Shown: piece after piece, positions 47,251-59,941 of the stretch
Position numbering within the stretch: position 1 is the first letter of the stretch
Layout of the letters: every line of letters begins with the position of its first letter
Origin: Octopus sinensis
Taxonomy: Eukaryota
Assembly: GCF_006345805.1 (NCBI RefSeq)
Contig: NC_042997.1
Coordinates: 194,618,001 to 194,682,000, forward strand
DNA: 64,000 nt
Reading direction: 5' to 3'
Position numbers and translations under genes: made by a program
Notes under the pieces: model-generated
Databases searched by the model: none
What the model saw: the letters and a program-made list of their open reading frames with translations, nothing else
Told to the model about the DNA's origin: nothing

Positions 47251-47959
47251 ATAAATTTTCAGAAAATCTTTTACGGACCTCAGTAGAGAGCCATTGATCT
47301 AGATGCTTCTGTGAAAACCATATCTGGCCATGGGGATATATTACCTTGCATAGAAACAGCTAAGGAAGGTCACCAGGACCTACAAAATCTGCCTCAATAA
47401 AATCAGTTTGTCGTACAATCACCTAAAATGATAAAATAAGCAGTGGCAGCACTGTATGCCGAACAAGTGTCAGGTTAGCCAGCAGCCCAACTTTAAGAAC
47501 CTCTGGAGTCATACCTTAAGAAAAAAGAAAAATACCATGTCTGTATGTTTGTCTCCACCGCCCATCACTTGAGAACCTGTGTTGGTTTGTTTGCACCACC
47601 CCCAACTTAGCAGTTTGGCAAGAGACTGACAGAATAAGTACGAGGTTTAGAAAAAAGAAGTACTAGAGTTGATTCATTTGACTAAAAATTTGTCATGGTG
47701 GTGCTCCAGCATGGCCACAATCTAATAACTGAAATAATACAAGATAAAAAAGATATCAGTCCTACATATAATAAATGAAGCTGAAGCTACCAGTGGTGAC
47801 CCGGCAACCTAATGACACATGCACAAGTGCCATTTGCGTGACACTAGTAATCTGCCACAACTACAATTTCACTTGACTTGATGCATCTTTAAGCGCAGCA
47901 TCGTGCCAAAGGTGTTACTGATGATATTGCAAGTACTTAATAATAAATAATAATGAAAT

Positions 47960-48215
47960 TATTGTATACAGTGCTCAGGTGCCCTACAACTTGTCAAAAG
48001 TGCGTATAAAGCATATGCAGTAATGCACAAATGTCTGGAAAGCGAACAGTGTATGAGTCAGATACATGCTTGCGTGTGTATGGAGGGGAGAAAATCAGGT
48101 GTAGTGTTGGCGAATCTCAGGAAGCATGGAAGTTTTGAAGGATGCAGTGCTCCGACAACTAACAACTGATGCCAGCAGTCTGTTCCATGCTTCAGCAACT
48201 CTTAGTGTGAAAAAC
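47960..48215 (-). mobile_element. CR1-type LINE 3' end
   Basis: Reverse-complement homolog of 37318-37480 (FFTLRVAEAWN). Confidence 0.7.
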
Positions 48216-48227
48216 ATTTCCACCTAC

Positions 48228-48352
48228 CTTTTCAAAAGGACCATGTTCCTGCTGCCAGTCATATATCAGATCAGCTCTTCGAGTGCCAACAGTATGAAGG
48301 AGAAGAATATCTGCTTTGTTTTGGGAGTTTAGCAAACATAAAATATGGTTTT
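48228..48352 (-). CDS. KIF22: KIF22-like exon (NHILCLLNSQNKADILLLHTVGTRRADLIYDWQQEHGPFEK), HhH domain
   Basis: TTTGCAG acceptor, GTAGGT donor, 125 nt, phase 1-0; resembles KIF22 ILDLLN..IGPKKAQLIVGWRELHGPF. Confidence 0.92.
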
Positions 48353-49624
48353 CTGCAAATGGAATTAAAATTCAATAAATACAGACTAATAGAAGGAATA
48401 TATTAATATATTCAAAATTTGGGACTAATGGCTCTAAAGTGGGTTCTACATAAGATTTTGCTGTTAAAACTTATGCAATACAGTGGTTATACTACTACAG
48501 AAAATATTTCAATTTTAAAAAAATAGAATTCCTTGTATTTAATTATAAAAATATGAGGATCTTTTAAAAATTGAATGTTTATTAGAGTCCAAATGAGTAA
48601 AATATCAGGCTGTTCTATTATATTCAAACCAGCTGGAACCCTTATTGCTGTAACCAAATAGAGTGCCAGTCACACAAACACACATATAGTTCCCTCAGTG
48701 TAACAGTATACAATGAAATTTATTGGTATCTCTGAAAACTAACACATTCTGTAATATGGTTGTTGAGAAAATACTTACTGTGTGTTTTATGTCGGTGTTT
48801 GATCAATATTTCATCTACAATGACAGGGAAACAAAGATAATTAGAATTAACAAAACACTATATTGTACATACACAGACCCCCCCTCTCACATACGCACAT
48901 TCATACTTACTAATGAACAAGCACACACACAGCCTCTATCATTCCATATATACACTCATATCTTTTTCAGTCATTGAATCGTGGCCATGCTGGGACACTG
49001 CCTCCATGGGGTTTAGTGAAACAAACCAAAGCCCAGTACTTATTCCGTTGAGTTTCTATGTGCAAACTGCTAAGTTACAGGGACATAAATAAACCAACTC
49101 TTTGCTGAACATGGTGACACCTTTTCATATGTTTCAGTCTTATTAGACCTCTTCAAACACTACACACTCTTTACTTGCAAGCAAAGCTATGCAGTTAAGA
49201 ATTTTACTCCAGAGTGGTTAGGAGTTCAGTCCCTCAACATGGACATAGTCAACTAGTGCTGTGTACCATAGCCACAGGTGGACCAATACCTTGCAAATAA
49301 AACAGGAAGATAGAAACTATAGTTATGTGTCAGTGAGTTTATATTACTCCCGTCTTCACTGCTTGTAAACAAAAGGTTCATTCAAAGGGTTCCATTTGTT
49401 TCCAGTCAGGCTTGGAAACAAGAGATGGCATCAGAAAGGAACTCAATAAAAAATTGCTTGCATGGATCAGAATTCACCACTTTAGGGCAGAGAAAAGTAG
49501 ACTTCAAAAAATCAAGATGATGTGTCTGTCAGCTTCACAGTCTGTCATCAACAAAAAGATAAGCAAAATCCTTTAAAACCAGCAGGGATAACACCCATTT
49601 AAACCAAGTGACAAATATACTTAC

Positions 49625-49753
49625 CATCCTTAGATGAGTCACTGACCACAGTGTCCATTTCACTGTATCTACGTTTCCTTATTTCTGAATGACATTTACG
49701 AGTTGGAATTGGCCGCACAGGTGTAGAATTCACAATATTTTTCAGGATTCCAG
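49625..49753 (-). CDS. KIF22: KIF22-like exon (GILKNIVNSTPVRPIP...SDSSKD)
   Basis: CTTCTAG acceptor, GTAAGT donor, 129 nt, open only in phase 1-1, compatible with both neighbours. Confidence 0.85.
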
Positions 49754-50234
49754 CTAGAAGTATACAGATTATTATACTGCCAAATTTTATGCTTAATTAT
49801 TCGCATTGTTTTGAATTAAACAATTTCAATGATATGATTAGGTTTAGAATGACATTGTGGGATAGGTATGACAGGCCAGATCTGCAGGCTGGATATCATC
49901 ATTATCATCGTTTAATGTCTGTTTTCCGTGCTTGCATGGGTTGGACGGTTCGACTGGGGTCTGGGAAGCCAGGAGGCTGCAGTCTGATATGGCAGTGTTT
50001 CTACAGCTGAATGCCCTTCTTAATGCCAACCATTCTGAGAGTAGTGGATGCTTTTTACGTGCCAGGGGAGGCTGGCAGCGGCAATTTTCAAATCAAAGTG
50101 AAAAAAACAGTTCACTTTCTAATGGATTCGCTTTGAAATATTTGAATGCAATTCACAAAACACCCAAAGTCACATCTACAGTACATTCATAGCTGTAAAC
50201 TGCATGATAATCAGTCACAACTCCATTACAGTTA

Positions 50235-50610
50235 TTATGGAAGCACTCCGTCGGTTACGACGACGAGGGTTCCGGTTGATCCGATCAACGGAACAGCCTG
50301 CTCGTGAAATTAACGTGTAAGTGGCTGAGCACTCCACAGACACGTGTACCCTTAACGTAGTTCTCAGGAATATTCAGCATGACACAGAGAGTGACAAGAC
50401 CAGCCCTTTGAAATACAGGTACAACAGAAACAGGAAGTAAAGAAAGTTGTGGTGAAAGAGTACAGCAGGGATCACCACCATCCCCTGCCGGAGCCTCGGG
50501 GAGCTTTAGGTGTTTTCGCTCAATAAACACTCACAACGCCCGGTCTGGGAATCGAAACCGCGATCCTATAACCGCGAGTCCGCTGCCCTAACCACTGGGC
50601 CATTGCATCT
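50235..50610 (-). mobile_element. tRNA-Arg-derived SINE with an alternative 3' tail
   Basis: Head and core shared with 45055-45340; different tail (GCACTCCGTCGGTTACGACGACGAGGGTTCC on +). Confidence 0.75.
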
Positions 50611-50808
50611 CCACACAGTTATTATATCTACTGGTAGTCATGACAACTATGGCAACAATAGTCACAGCCACGATACAATCAGTCGTAACAACTGCAGGAC
50701 AGTTGTGGGACCAATTGACTAATCACAACTGGTCAGTCATAGCTACAATCACCATCAGTCAAAGCTACAGTTCAGTTAGTCATTATCAAAGTTTCCATCA
50801 CCATTTAA

Positions 50809-50961
50809 TCCTTTAGCATTCAGATTACTCTACCTAATACAATGCTTTATTCACATTGTTTTTTTTTTAATTAAGTATTTTTTGATGACGTGATTGTTTA
50901 TCTCTAGATAGATATTGTAGAGGTGTAAGAGGCCAGATCCAGCCAGTTTGAATGCTAATGG
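50809..50961. mobile_element. piggyBac-derived MITE (decayed)
   Basis: TTAA then TCCTTTAGCATTCA...TGAATGCTAATGG. Confidence 0.6.
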
Positions 50962-51132
50962 TTATAGTAAAAGCAACACTCCACCTAAACTTTGTAAATG
51001 GTGATGGTACTGATGACAATAGTAAAATATATAACTGAAGAGTGACTCCCGCACACACACACACATATATATATGCTGGTAACATGTAAAAAGTACCTGT
51101 ACCACTAAACACTGTAAAGTGGTTGGCATTAA

Positions 51133-51353
51133 CCTTTTCATTACCAACCCGGCTGAAACCGGCTCTGGCTCTGTAGTACAAATGTCTTGTTTTCATAAGT
51201 TTTGAATTAAAATCTCCCACCAAAGCTTAGTTACAATTTATGTTCCTAACACTAATTTAATGATAACTAAGTTATTTTACTAAATTCTTTGTTATATTTG
51301 AAGTAATTGAAAGAAACACAGAGCATCTCAAAATAAATACGGTAACGAAAGGG
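51133..51353. mobile_element. piggyBac-derived MITE
   Basis: TTAA|CCTTTTCATTACC...GGTAACGAAAGGG|TTAA. Confidence 0.85.
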
Positions 51354-51371
51354 TTAAAGAGTGGACATTAA

Positions 51372-51592
51372 CCCTTTCGTTACCAACCTGGTTGAAACCA
51401 GCTCTGGTTCTGAGTACAAAATGTCTTGTTTTCAAAAGTTCTGAATTAAAATCTTCTCCCAACCTTTAGTCACAATTTATGTTCCAAACACTAGCTTAAC
51501 GATGACTAAGATATTTTACTAAATTCTTTGTTATATTTAAAGTAATTGAAAGAAATGCAGAGCCCCACAAAATAAATACAGTAACAAATGGG
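51372..51592. mobile_element. piggyBac-derived MITE, second tandem copy
   Basis: TTAA|CCCTTTCGTTACC...AGTAACAAATGGG|TCAA; colinear with 51133-51353. Confidence 0.8.
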
Positions 51593-52304
51593 TCAAGGGC
51601 AGAAACCATGCCAAAGCACACAGAGCCTAAACAGCCCTTTAGCTAGTCAGCTCCTGCCAAACTGTCCAACCCATGCCAGTATGGAGAACAGATGTCGAAT
51701 GATGAGATAGATATATATATATATATATTTTAGCATTTTCTATTTTTGACTTGTTTTTTCATATATATATATATATATATAAACCAGCTTAGAGAAGAAA
51801 CGAAACGAACCGACGCGAAGGCGCTCAGTCATACAATAGTGTAATAAATAAAATATATGCATATACATCTACATGTATATATACATGCATATATAAATAT
51901 ATATACGTGTGTATAGGACACCACAAATAGACGTAGAACTCAACGAGAAACGAAAAAGTAAAAACAGCATGGAACGGACCATTTTTTTAACAACGAAAAA
52001 ACAGTACAAGACAACTACACAAGGAAAAATCCCCTTCATCAGCTGTCCCTAACTCCAGAATGTTTCGAAGGTGAGGACAGAACACGTCTCGTCGAACTAG
52101 TCCTTCCTGCGAAAGAATTAAATAAAATTCCTTTGCAGAGGAGTAAAAACAAGGAAAAAAAAAAAGTGACAAAAACAGGACGTAAAAACAATACAATTAA
52201 AAAAAAACAACTACAAAATAAAAATACAATTACAAAAAAATACAGTACAAGAAGGAATAGAAACAGGACAGGAAAACAAATAATGAGGGCCTATAAGCCT
52301 AGAC

Positions 52305-52338
52305 TATATATATATATAATATATATATATCTATATAG

Positions 52339-52388
<50 letters not shown>

Positions 52389-52413
52389 TTATATAGAATA
52401 TATATATATATAT

Positions 52414-52446
<33 letters not shown>

Positions 52447-52529
52447 TATATATAATATATAATAGATATATATTATAATATATATAATATAGATATATAT
52501 ATATATATATAATATATATATATATATAT

Positions 52530-52562
<33 letters not shown>

Positions 52563-52618
52563 TATATATATATATAATATATATATAATATAGATATATA
52601 TATATATATATAGATATA

Positions 52619-52697
<79 letters not shown>

Positions 52698-52698
52698 A
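52305..52698. repeat. Long interrupted (TA)n/(TAGA) microsatellite
   Basis: Direct observation. Confidence 0.95.
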
Positions 52699-52751
52699 GG
52701 CAAGTGATGGTGAGGGCGACCATGGTAATTGATGGTTGCAATAATACTTAC

Positions 52752-52898
52752 CATTCCTAGTCTTATTTGACATTTGGTTTTCACTGTGGGATTGTTTCTC
52801 CATGTCAAACGTTACTCTTAAACTTGAAGATCTTCGACACAAACGCAAGCTTTGAGAATTTTCAGTTTTTGAAATATCGTCAATAAGGTTACCAGTGT
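52752..52898 (-). CDS. KIF22: KIF22-like exon (TGNLIDDISKTENSQSLRLCRRSSSLRVTFDMEKQ...KTRN)
   Basis: TTTTTCTAG acceptor, GTAAGT donor, 147 nt, phase 1-1. Confidence 0.85.
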
Positions 52899-52991
52899 CT
52901 AGAAAAATATAGGGAAAGGTAGAATGGCTTTCAATTTTAAAGGAATTAAATTCCCAATGAGATTCAAACTGTGTGAAGCAATGATTCTTAA

Positions 52992-53216
52992 CCCTTTAAT
53001 GTTTGTTTGCATTATTCTACCAAAATTAATGCTTCTTTATCCACATTGTTTTGAACTAATCATGCATTATCTTGTAGCTATGAGATTTTGATGAGGTAGC
53101 TGTTAATTTTTAAAACGATATTGTAGGGTTGGTCTGAGAGACCAGATCTGGCCAGTTTGAACATAAAACAGGCAGAATACTTCTGGCTGGATATGGCCGG
53201 TTTAAATGCTAAAGGG
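52992..53216. mobile_element. piggyBac-derived MITE related to the element at 1833
   Basis: TTAA on both sides; right TIR GGCCGGTTTAAATGCTAAAGGG resembles the left TIR at 1833. Confidence 0.85.
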
Positions 53217-53544
53217 TTAAAAATAGTTTACACCTAAACCTTAGGATATTGGTTAAATGCCTAACTGCCTCCATAATCATCTCCAATGCATGAGGAGAAT
53301 GGAAGAGAAATGACTATGCAATATCATAGACTAACTTCTGAACTGGTAGTGCATGCATGATATCTAAACGGAGACGGTGTTGCTGTGCAAATGCATCTGC
53401 ATGTGTAGATTATTAACGTACTGAGCTAAGTGCTGAAGTACACTTGATCTGAATGAAATATCTGTCAGAGAAAGGAATCTACACATATCAGTAAGACAGT
53501 TATTACTAAGCAACAAACGATAATCCTTTCAGTTACAGGCAAAT

Positions 53545-53790
53545 CATCATCGTTTAACATCCGTTTTCCATGCTAGCATGGGTTGGATGGTTCGACCGGG
53601 GTCTGGGAAGCCAGAAGGCTGCACCAGGCTCCAGTCTGATCTGGCAGTGTTTCTACAGCTGGATGCCCTTCACAAGACCAACCATTCCATGAGTGTACTG
53701 GGTGCTTTTTATGTGCCACCTGCACAGGTGCCAGGGGAGGCTGGCAACGGCCACGATCGGTTGGTGCTTTTTACGTGCCGCCAGCACGGA
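53545..53790 (-). mobile_element. Meta-core SINE
   Basis: Family match. Confidence 0.8.
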
Positions 53791-53929
53791 TGTGCCTGGT
53801 CTGAAATTTTGGAGAAGAGATCTAGTTCATGAGATCAACACCAAGCAGTCCAGAAAGGATAAGTTGATCTCGGCAGAATGTAAAGAAAGAGAATTCCACA
53901 AAGCATTTCGCCTGGTGTGCTAATGGTCC

Positions 53930-55930
53930 TGTCAGCTCACTGCCTTCATAATAAGCTTCAAATTTTGGGACAAGGTCTGCAATTTTAGCAGAATAAGTCA
54001 ATTACATTTGCCCCCAGTACACAACTAGTATTTATTTTATCAACCTTGGAAATAGGAAAGATTAAGTCAACCTTGGTGGAATTTGAACTCCAAACAAATA
54101 CAAAATGCTGCTAATCAGTTTGTCTAGTGTGCTAACAGTTCTGCCAGCTCACTGCTGTAATAATAATAATAATCCTTTTTACTATAGGTACAAAGCCTGA
54201 AATTTGGGGGAAGGGATTAAATTGATTACATCAACCCCATGCATTCAACTTGTACTTAATTTATCAACCCCGAAAGGATTCAAAGGCAAAAATCAACTTT
54301 GGTGGAATTTGAACTCAGAATGTGAAGACATGAAATACCACTAAGCATTTTGCCCGGTGTGCTAACGATTCTGCCAACTCGACCCCTTAATAATAATTTC
54401 AAATTTTGGCACAAGGCCAACAATTTCAGGGATGGAGTAAGTCCACTGCATTGAACCCCAGTATACAATTGGTACTTATTTTATCGACCCCTGAAAGGAT
54501 GAAAGGCAAAGTCAACCACAGCAGAATTTGAACTCAGCGGCATTTCGTCTGTCTTCGTGTTCTAAGCAAGTCATCTAGCATGCTAACGATTCTGCCAGCT
54601 CACTGTCGTCACCCACTCAATAATAATAACCCTGTCTACTGGAAGCACAAAGCCTCAAATTTGGGTGAAGGGATTAAGTTAATTACATCAACCCCAGTGC
54701 GTATCTGGTACTTATTTGACCCCAAAAGGGAAAAACACAAAGTCGACCTCAGCGGAATTTGAGCTCAAAACGTGAGGACGGACGAAATACTGCAAAACAC
54801 TTTGCCCAGCATGCTAACAATGCTGCCAGCTAGCCACCTAATAATAATAATAATAAATAGATATTTTATACTCACTAGAAATGCATTTCCCTTCAGTCGT
54901 TTCTTTGTCTTTCTCAGAATGGTTTTCTTTTTCCATGGTTGTCTTCAGCATTCGAGTTCTTTCTTGAATATCTTTCAGAAGTTCTCTTTGAAATCAAAGG
55001 GAAATCAGGTATTATATACAGACATATTGAAACAAATCTATTTCAAACTTAAAATTCGCTCTAATAATGTTTCTAATCAGCTTTTTAATGCTTAAGAAAT
55101 TTAGGTGGGGAAATCACAATTACATTATAAAAACTAATTATCCATAAATTACTCAGTAATAATAATAATAATCATCATCATCATTTAGCGTCCGCTTTCC
55201 ATGCTAGCATGGGTTGGACGGGTCAACTGGGGTCTGTGAAGCTGGAAGGCTTCGTCAGGCCCAGTCAGATCTGGCAGTGTTTCTACGGCTGGATGCCCTT
55301 CCTAACGCCAACCACTCCGCAAGTGTAGTGGGTGTTTTTTACGTGCCACCTGCACAGGTGCCAGACAGAGCTGGCAAACGGATGGTGCTTTTACGTGTCA
55401 CCGGCACGGGGCCAGGCGATGCTGGCAATGGACACGAACGGATGGTGCTTTTACGTGCCACCGACACGGGGCCAGACAGAGCTGGCAAACGGCAAATAAT
55501 AATAATCCTATCTACTATAGGCACAAGGCCTGGTTCTCTGTGGGGAGGGGTGCAATTGATCACATCAAACCCACTACTTGACTGGTACTTTATTAATCCT
55601 GAAAGGATGAAGGGCAGAGTCGACCTTGGCAGAATTTGAACTCGAAACGTAGTGACAGACAAAATAACGCTAAACATTTTACCCAGCATGCTAACAATTC
55701 TGCCAGCTCGCCACTTGGTAAATTAGTTTAAACTCAAGTACAAGGCCTGCAATTTCGGGATAACTGTAATGTCATTAAAACTACTCCAATATTTCATTGG
55801 TACTTTATTCTGACCCTGAAGGAAAGAAATATGAAGTTGACCTGAGCAGGATTTGAACCCAAAGTGTAAAGAGAAAGAATAAAATCCTCATGTCATTTTG
55901 TTCAATGTTATAATGGTTTTGCCAACCAAT
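53930..55930 (-). mobile_element. Second cluster of about 6 Deu/Nin-type SINEs, interleaved with a KIF22 exon and a Meta-core SINE (55175-55495)
   Basis: Same unit as 41945-43580 with (AAT)n spacers, all on the minus strand. Confidence 0.75.
54876..54985 (-). CDS. KIF22: KIF22-like exon (ELLKDIQERTRMLKTTMEKENHSEKDKETTEGKCIS), coiled-coil-like
   Basis: TTTCAAAG acceptor, GTGAGT donor, 110 nt, phase 2-1; exactly bridges the phases of the flanking exons. Confidence 0.85.
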
Positions 55931-55989
55931 AATTGTTTATAAGACACATGACCTTAAATTTTTTGAAGTCGATGACTAACAAATGCCTT

Positions 55990-56300
55990 AGTCTTCCCTT
56001 CACATTATCAATGTTCATCCACAGCAAAGACTGATATAGCTGGGCACCAGTGTTGTAGCAAAAGCTATCGGACCATCAAGACTGACTTGAGACAGCATTC
56101 ACCCAAGATGGGTTGAGCTGGCTTCATTCATCCTCAATGCTGCATCTCTCACAAATGCCGACCAGGCCTGGCGATTTGAGGCTAATGACCACGTGATCTC
56201 CAACCACTCCTTATTCCAGCGGCAAACACCGTAGATATGGGGGCCTAGTTTGGGTTCCAGATCAGCCTTGACTGTCATCAGCTAGGTTTTACGTGGTCCA
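55990..56300 (-). mobile_element. RTE LINE 3' end
   Basis: TVKADLEP..RWNKEW..LASNRQAWSAFVRDA. Confidence 0.65.
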
Positions 56301-56689
56301 GGTTTTTTTAAAAAACTTGGACCATCAAGAACTCAAAGATACCCCAAGGTGTCTAACCTGATCCTGTAACACAGTGGTTCCCAATCTTTTTCAGGCTGCT
56401 GCCCCTTTGACACCCAAACCACATTACTAGTGACCCCGCCCCAACTAACCATCACAAGCATAGACCTCTTTCTGAAGCAAATTCAAGGCAACTGTATTTC
56501 ACAAATAAAATTTAATCCAATGAATCCATTTTTTTTCTACATGAATTGTTACCCCATTGTCACCCCACTTTTCTTCAATGACCCCTTGGAACTTTCCATT
56601 GTTCCCAAGGAGACAATACTGTCCACTTTAAGAACCAGTTTTAATAGTTCAACCACTCCACTGTCTGAGGATAATTTATATAAACCATG

Positions 56690-56915
56690 ACGGCGAGCTG
56701 GCAGAAACGTTAGCACGCCCGGGCGAAATGCGTTGCCGTATTTCATCTGTCGTTATGTTTGAAGTTCAAATTCCGCTGTAGTCGACTTTGCCTTTCATCC
56801 TTTCGGGGTCGATAAATTAAGTACCAGTTACGCACTGGGGTCGATGTAATCGACTTAATCCCTTTGTCTGTCCTTGTTTGTCCCCTCTGTGTTTAGCCCT
56901 TTATGGGTAGTAAAG
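56690..56915 (+). mobile_element. Deu/Nin-type SINE, well preserved
   Basis: GGCGAGCTGGCAGAAACGTTAGC head; GCCTTTCATCCTTTCGGGGTCGATAAATTAAGTACCAG core. Confidence 0.8.
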
Positions 56916-56944
56916 AAATATATATAAACCATGGCAGGATTTTA

Positions 56945-57215
56945 ACTTGGAATGCCAGCATCGCCTTACTGGCACCCACGCCGGTGGCATGTGTAAAAGA
57001 TTCGAGCGAGGTCGTTGCCAGTGCCGCCTGACTGGCCCCGTGCCAGCACATAAAAGCACCCACTACACTCTCGGAGTGGTTGCCATTAGGAAAGGCATCC
57101 AGCTGTAGAAACTCAGCCAAATCAAGATTGGAGCCTGGTGCAACCATCTGGTTTGCCAGCCCTGTCATACGTCCAACCCATGCTAGCATGGAAAGCGGAC
57201 GTTAAACGATGATGA
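56945..57215 (+). mobile_element. Meta-core SINE
   Basis: Family match ending GGACGTTAAACGATGATG. Confidence 0.8.
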
Positions 57216-58149
57216 ATGCAGTACCAATTCAAAACCTTCGGCCTTGACCATTTCATCTTGAGGTGGAAACAAAGGTTTGGCACTTTGTCAAGGTACCCAT
57301 CATATTTGTGCATGTAGCAGCAGTTGCTTTGAGTTAAACACGCAAGTTGCACAACAACGAGGCCTACATTTGTTCGAAGATAAGTAATTAAATGAAGAGA
57401 CAAACAGGTGATTGGTCAGCCATAACCATTTCATCTAGGAGGAGGAAATCAGATTTGTTCCTTTGTTGAAGGAAATTTTCTAGTCACAAACTGGCGCTTA
57501 AGAGGTTTTCATTATGGTGGTGGTGTTTAGTCCCATTCCAACCCACTATCAGACAGACCTATGAAAGATTCCAACCATGACCATCCTGTATTTACAGGCA
57601 CAATTTATCTCACTACATTATGTCCTTCCTTTAAAAAAGGAATGAAGAGATTAGGCTGCCATTTCTAGCAACGACAGAGGTACTTTTGTCTAAATGAGAT
57701 TCCCAAATGGTGCAGCAGAATGATCGACAAACTCAATGATTCAGAAAGTTTTTAAAAATTCATATAAAAATAGGATTTCCAAATTTAAAATATTATTATG
57801 GGTTACTTGTAATTTCAGGTAGGAGACCCAGTATAAATAGTTAAAATTACTGACCAATATTATCATTGGGAAAATTTTGCATTATATTATGTATTAAGAA
57901 TATAGTTACTCGGGCCTGCAAATTGGAGGACAGCATTATCAACAATATCCTATATTACCTATTATGTTACTAAAAATAAAACATATATATATATATATAT
58001 ATATGTATAAATGAATAGAGTTAAGCAACAAGTTGATTAGCCACATAGCGAAAATTTAGAAATAGCAGTCAAAGACCGCTTGTTCCTATTTTCTACAAAT
58101 ATAGCTCCACATATTATTTACCCTTATATATATATATATATATATATAT

Positions 58150-58585
58150 CATCATCATTTAGCGTCCACTTTCCATGCTAGCATGCGTTGCACGGTTCAA
58201 CTGGGGTCTGTGAAGCCAGAAGGCTGCATCAGGCCTAGTCTGATCTGGCAGTGTTTCTATGGCTGGATGCCCTTCCTAACGCCAACCACTCCGCGAGTGT
58301 AGTGGGTGCTTTTTACGTGCCACCTGCACAGGTGCCAGACAGAGCTGGCAAACGGCCACGGACGGATGGTGCTTTTTACGTGCCACTGGCACGGGGGCCA
58401 GGCGAGGCTGGCAACGGCCACGAACGGATGGTGCTACGTGCCAGGCGTGGCTGGCAACGGTCACGAACGGATGGTGCTTTTTACGTGCCACCGGCACGGA
58501 GGCCAGTAAGGGCGGCGCTGGCAACGGCCACGATCGGATGGTTCGCTTACTTGTCACCGGCACTGGTATCACAGCTGCAATTTCC
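58150..58585 (-). mobile_element. Meta-core SINE with expanded internal tandem units
   Basis: Family match; about 4 repeats of GCTGGCAACGGCCACG..GGATGGTGCTTTTTACGTGCC. Confidence 0.8.
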
Positions 58586-59164
58586 ATATATATATATATA
58601 TATATATGCACGTGAACTTTGAGGGAAAAAATGAGATGGATATGGTATATCATTTTTGGGGGGGCAGGGATTCCTTCACACATGTAAATTAAGGGTTACG
58701 CAAGGGTAAAGGGGTTCAGAAACACTGCTCTAGACCTTTAAGTGAGGCACGAGCAAATTTTCCTTCTGAAAATGTGGGTCTAAATCATTAATGTGTTGTC
58801 ACAATGACAACGTCAGAGACATCCTTCACATGTTTTTGTTAAGTTCATGAAGATCTGATACAAGGAAGTGGTAGTGTTACAGGTACATTTTTAAACATCA
58901 GCATCATCATCATCATTTAGCATCTACCTTTGATGCTGGGCATGGATCAGGTGACTTAACAAAATCCGAGTGGGCAGAGGACTGCATCACACTCCAATGT
59001 CTGCCCCGGCATGATTTCTACAGCTGGACTCCCAATACTGGGTGCGTTTTTCCATAGTACAAGTATTTCCATGTAGCTCTGAAGACCAAAGCCCCCAATG
59101 AGTACATCTTGTAGGAAACTATAAATCTGAGTTTGTTCAATTGATTAAATGATGGGTAACTCAC

Positions 59165-59312
59165 CTGGCTAAGTCAAAATCTACAGAAGTTGGAGATGCA
59201 ACTGAAGATCCAGATGTATTTCCAGATGCGTTTCCAACTGAGATTTCCGAAGATACTGGTTCCTTTGCAACGTCCAGTTGAAGATTGTCAACATTCAAAT
59301 CAGGATCACATG
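59165..59312 (-). CDS. KIF22: KIF22-like exon (CDPDLNVDNLQLDVAKEP...VDFDLA)
   Basis: TTATCTGCAG acceptor, GTGAGT donor, 148 nt, phase 1-2. Confidence 0.85.
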
Positions 59313-59941
59313 CTGCAGATAACCAAAAGGAGGATATGAAGAAATCAAATTAAAACCCTTACAAGTGTAAAATAATTTAATATTTATTGCACTAATGAGC
59401 ACAAATAAATAAATTTGAAATAATTAACAGTGCTGAAGTCATTCACTGCAAAACTAAACAGATGTTAATACATTTTCTTGTTCACTTTCCATGCTGGCAT
59501 GGGTTGGACGGTTTTACTGAGGACTGGCAATCCAGAAGGCCGTGCCAAGGTCCAATTTGATCTGGCAAGGCTTCTACAGCTGGATATCCTTCCTAGCACC
59601 AACCACTGAGTGTAGCAGGTGCTTTTTACATGCCACCAGCATGAGAGCCAGTCAGGCAGCACTGGCATTGACCATGGTGCTTTTTACGTGCCACCACAGG
59701 GCTTTATACCAAGAACAATAAAGAAAATTGCCCTGACTTGTACAGCAGTTCTTGGCCAAGTACAGGTCCTGTAGTTTAACTGCTATGAATGTATCAATTT
59801 TCCTATGCATTTTAATAATTATTTATATTTTTATTGTATGCAAATTATACGGGCCATTAGGTAAGTTTCTGTTTGTGATTGATTGAAATCAAGTTACAAT
59901 AAGCTTTCTTCATGGATAAAGAGTCAATGAACCTTGATATA

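Noticed and set aside
47330-47430. Possible minus-strand exon with good splice sites
   Set aside because: In-frame stop in phase 0 and no similarity to the KIF22 tail.
52291-52848. 185-aa ORF with poly-(IY)
   Set aside because: Only the first ~33 codons are real (KIF22 exon); the rest reads through the donor into (TA)n.
57230-57470. Possible extra KIF22 exon and repeated TTTCC..C.AGATGAAATGG motif
   Set aside because: The needed phase-2 frame has a stop, the 54876-54985 exon already closes the phase chain, and the repeat is too short to interpret.
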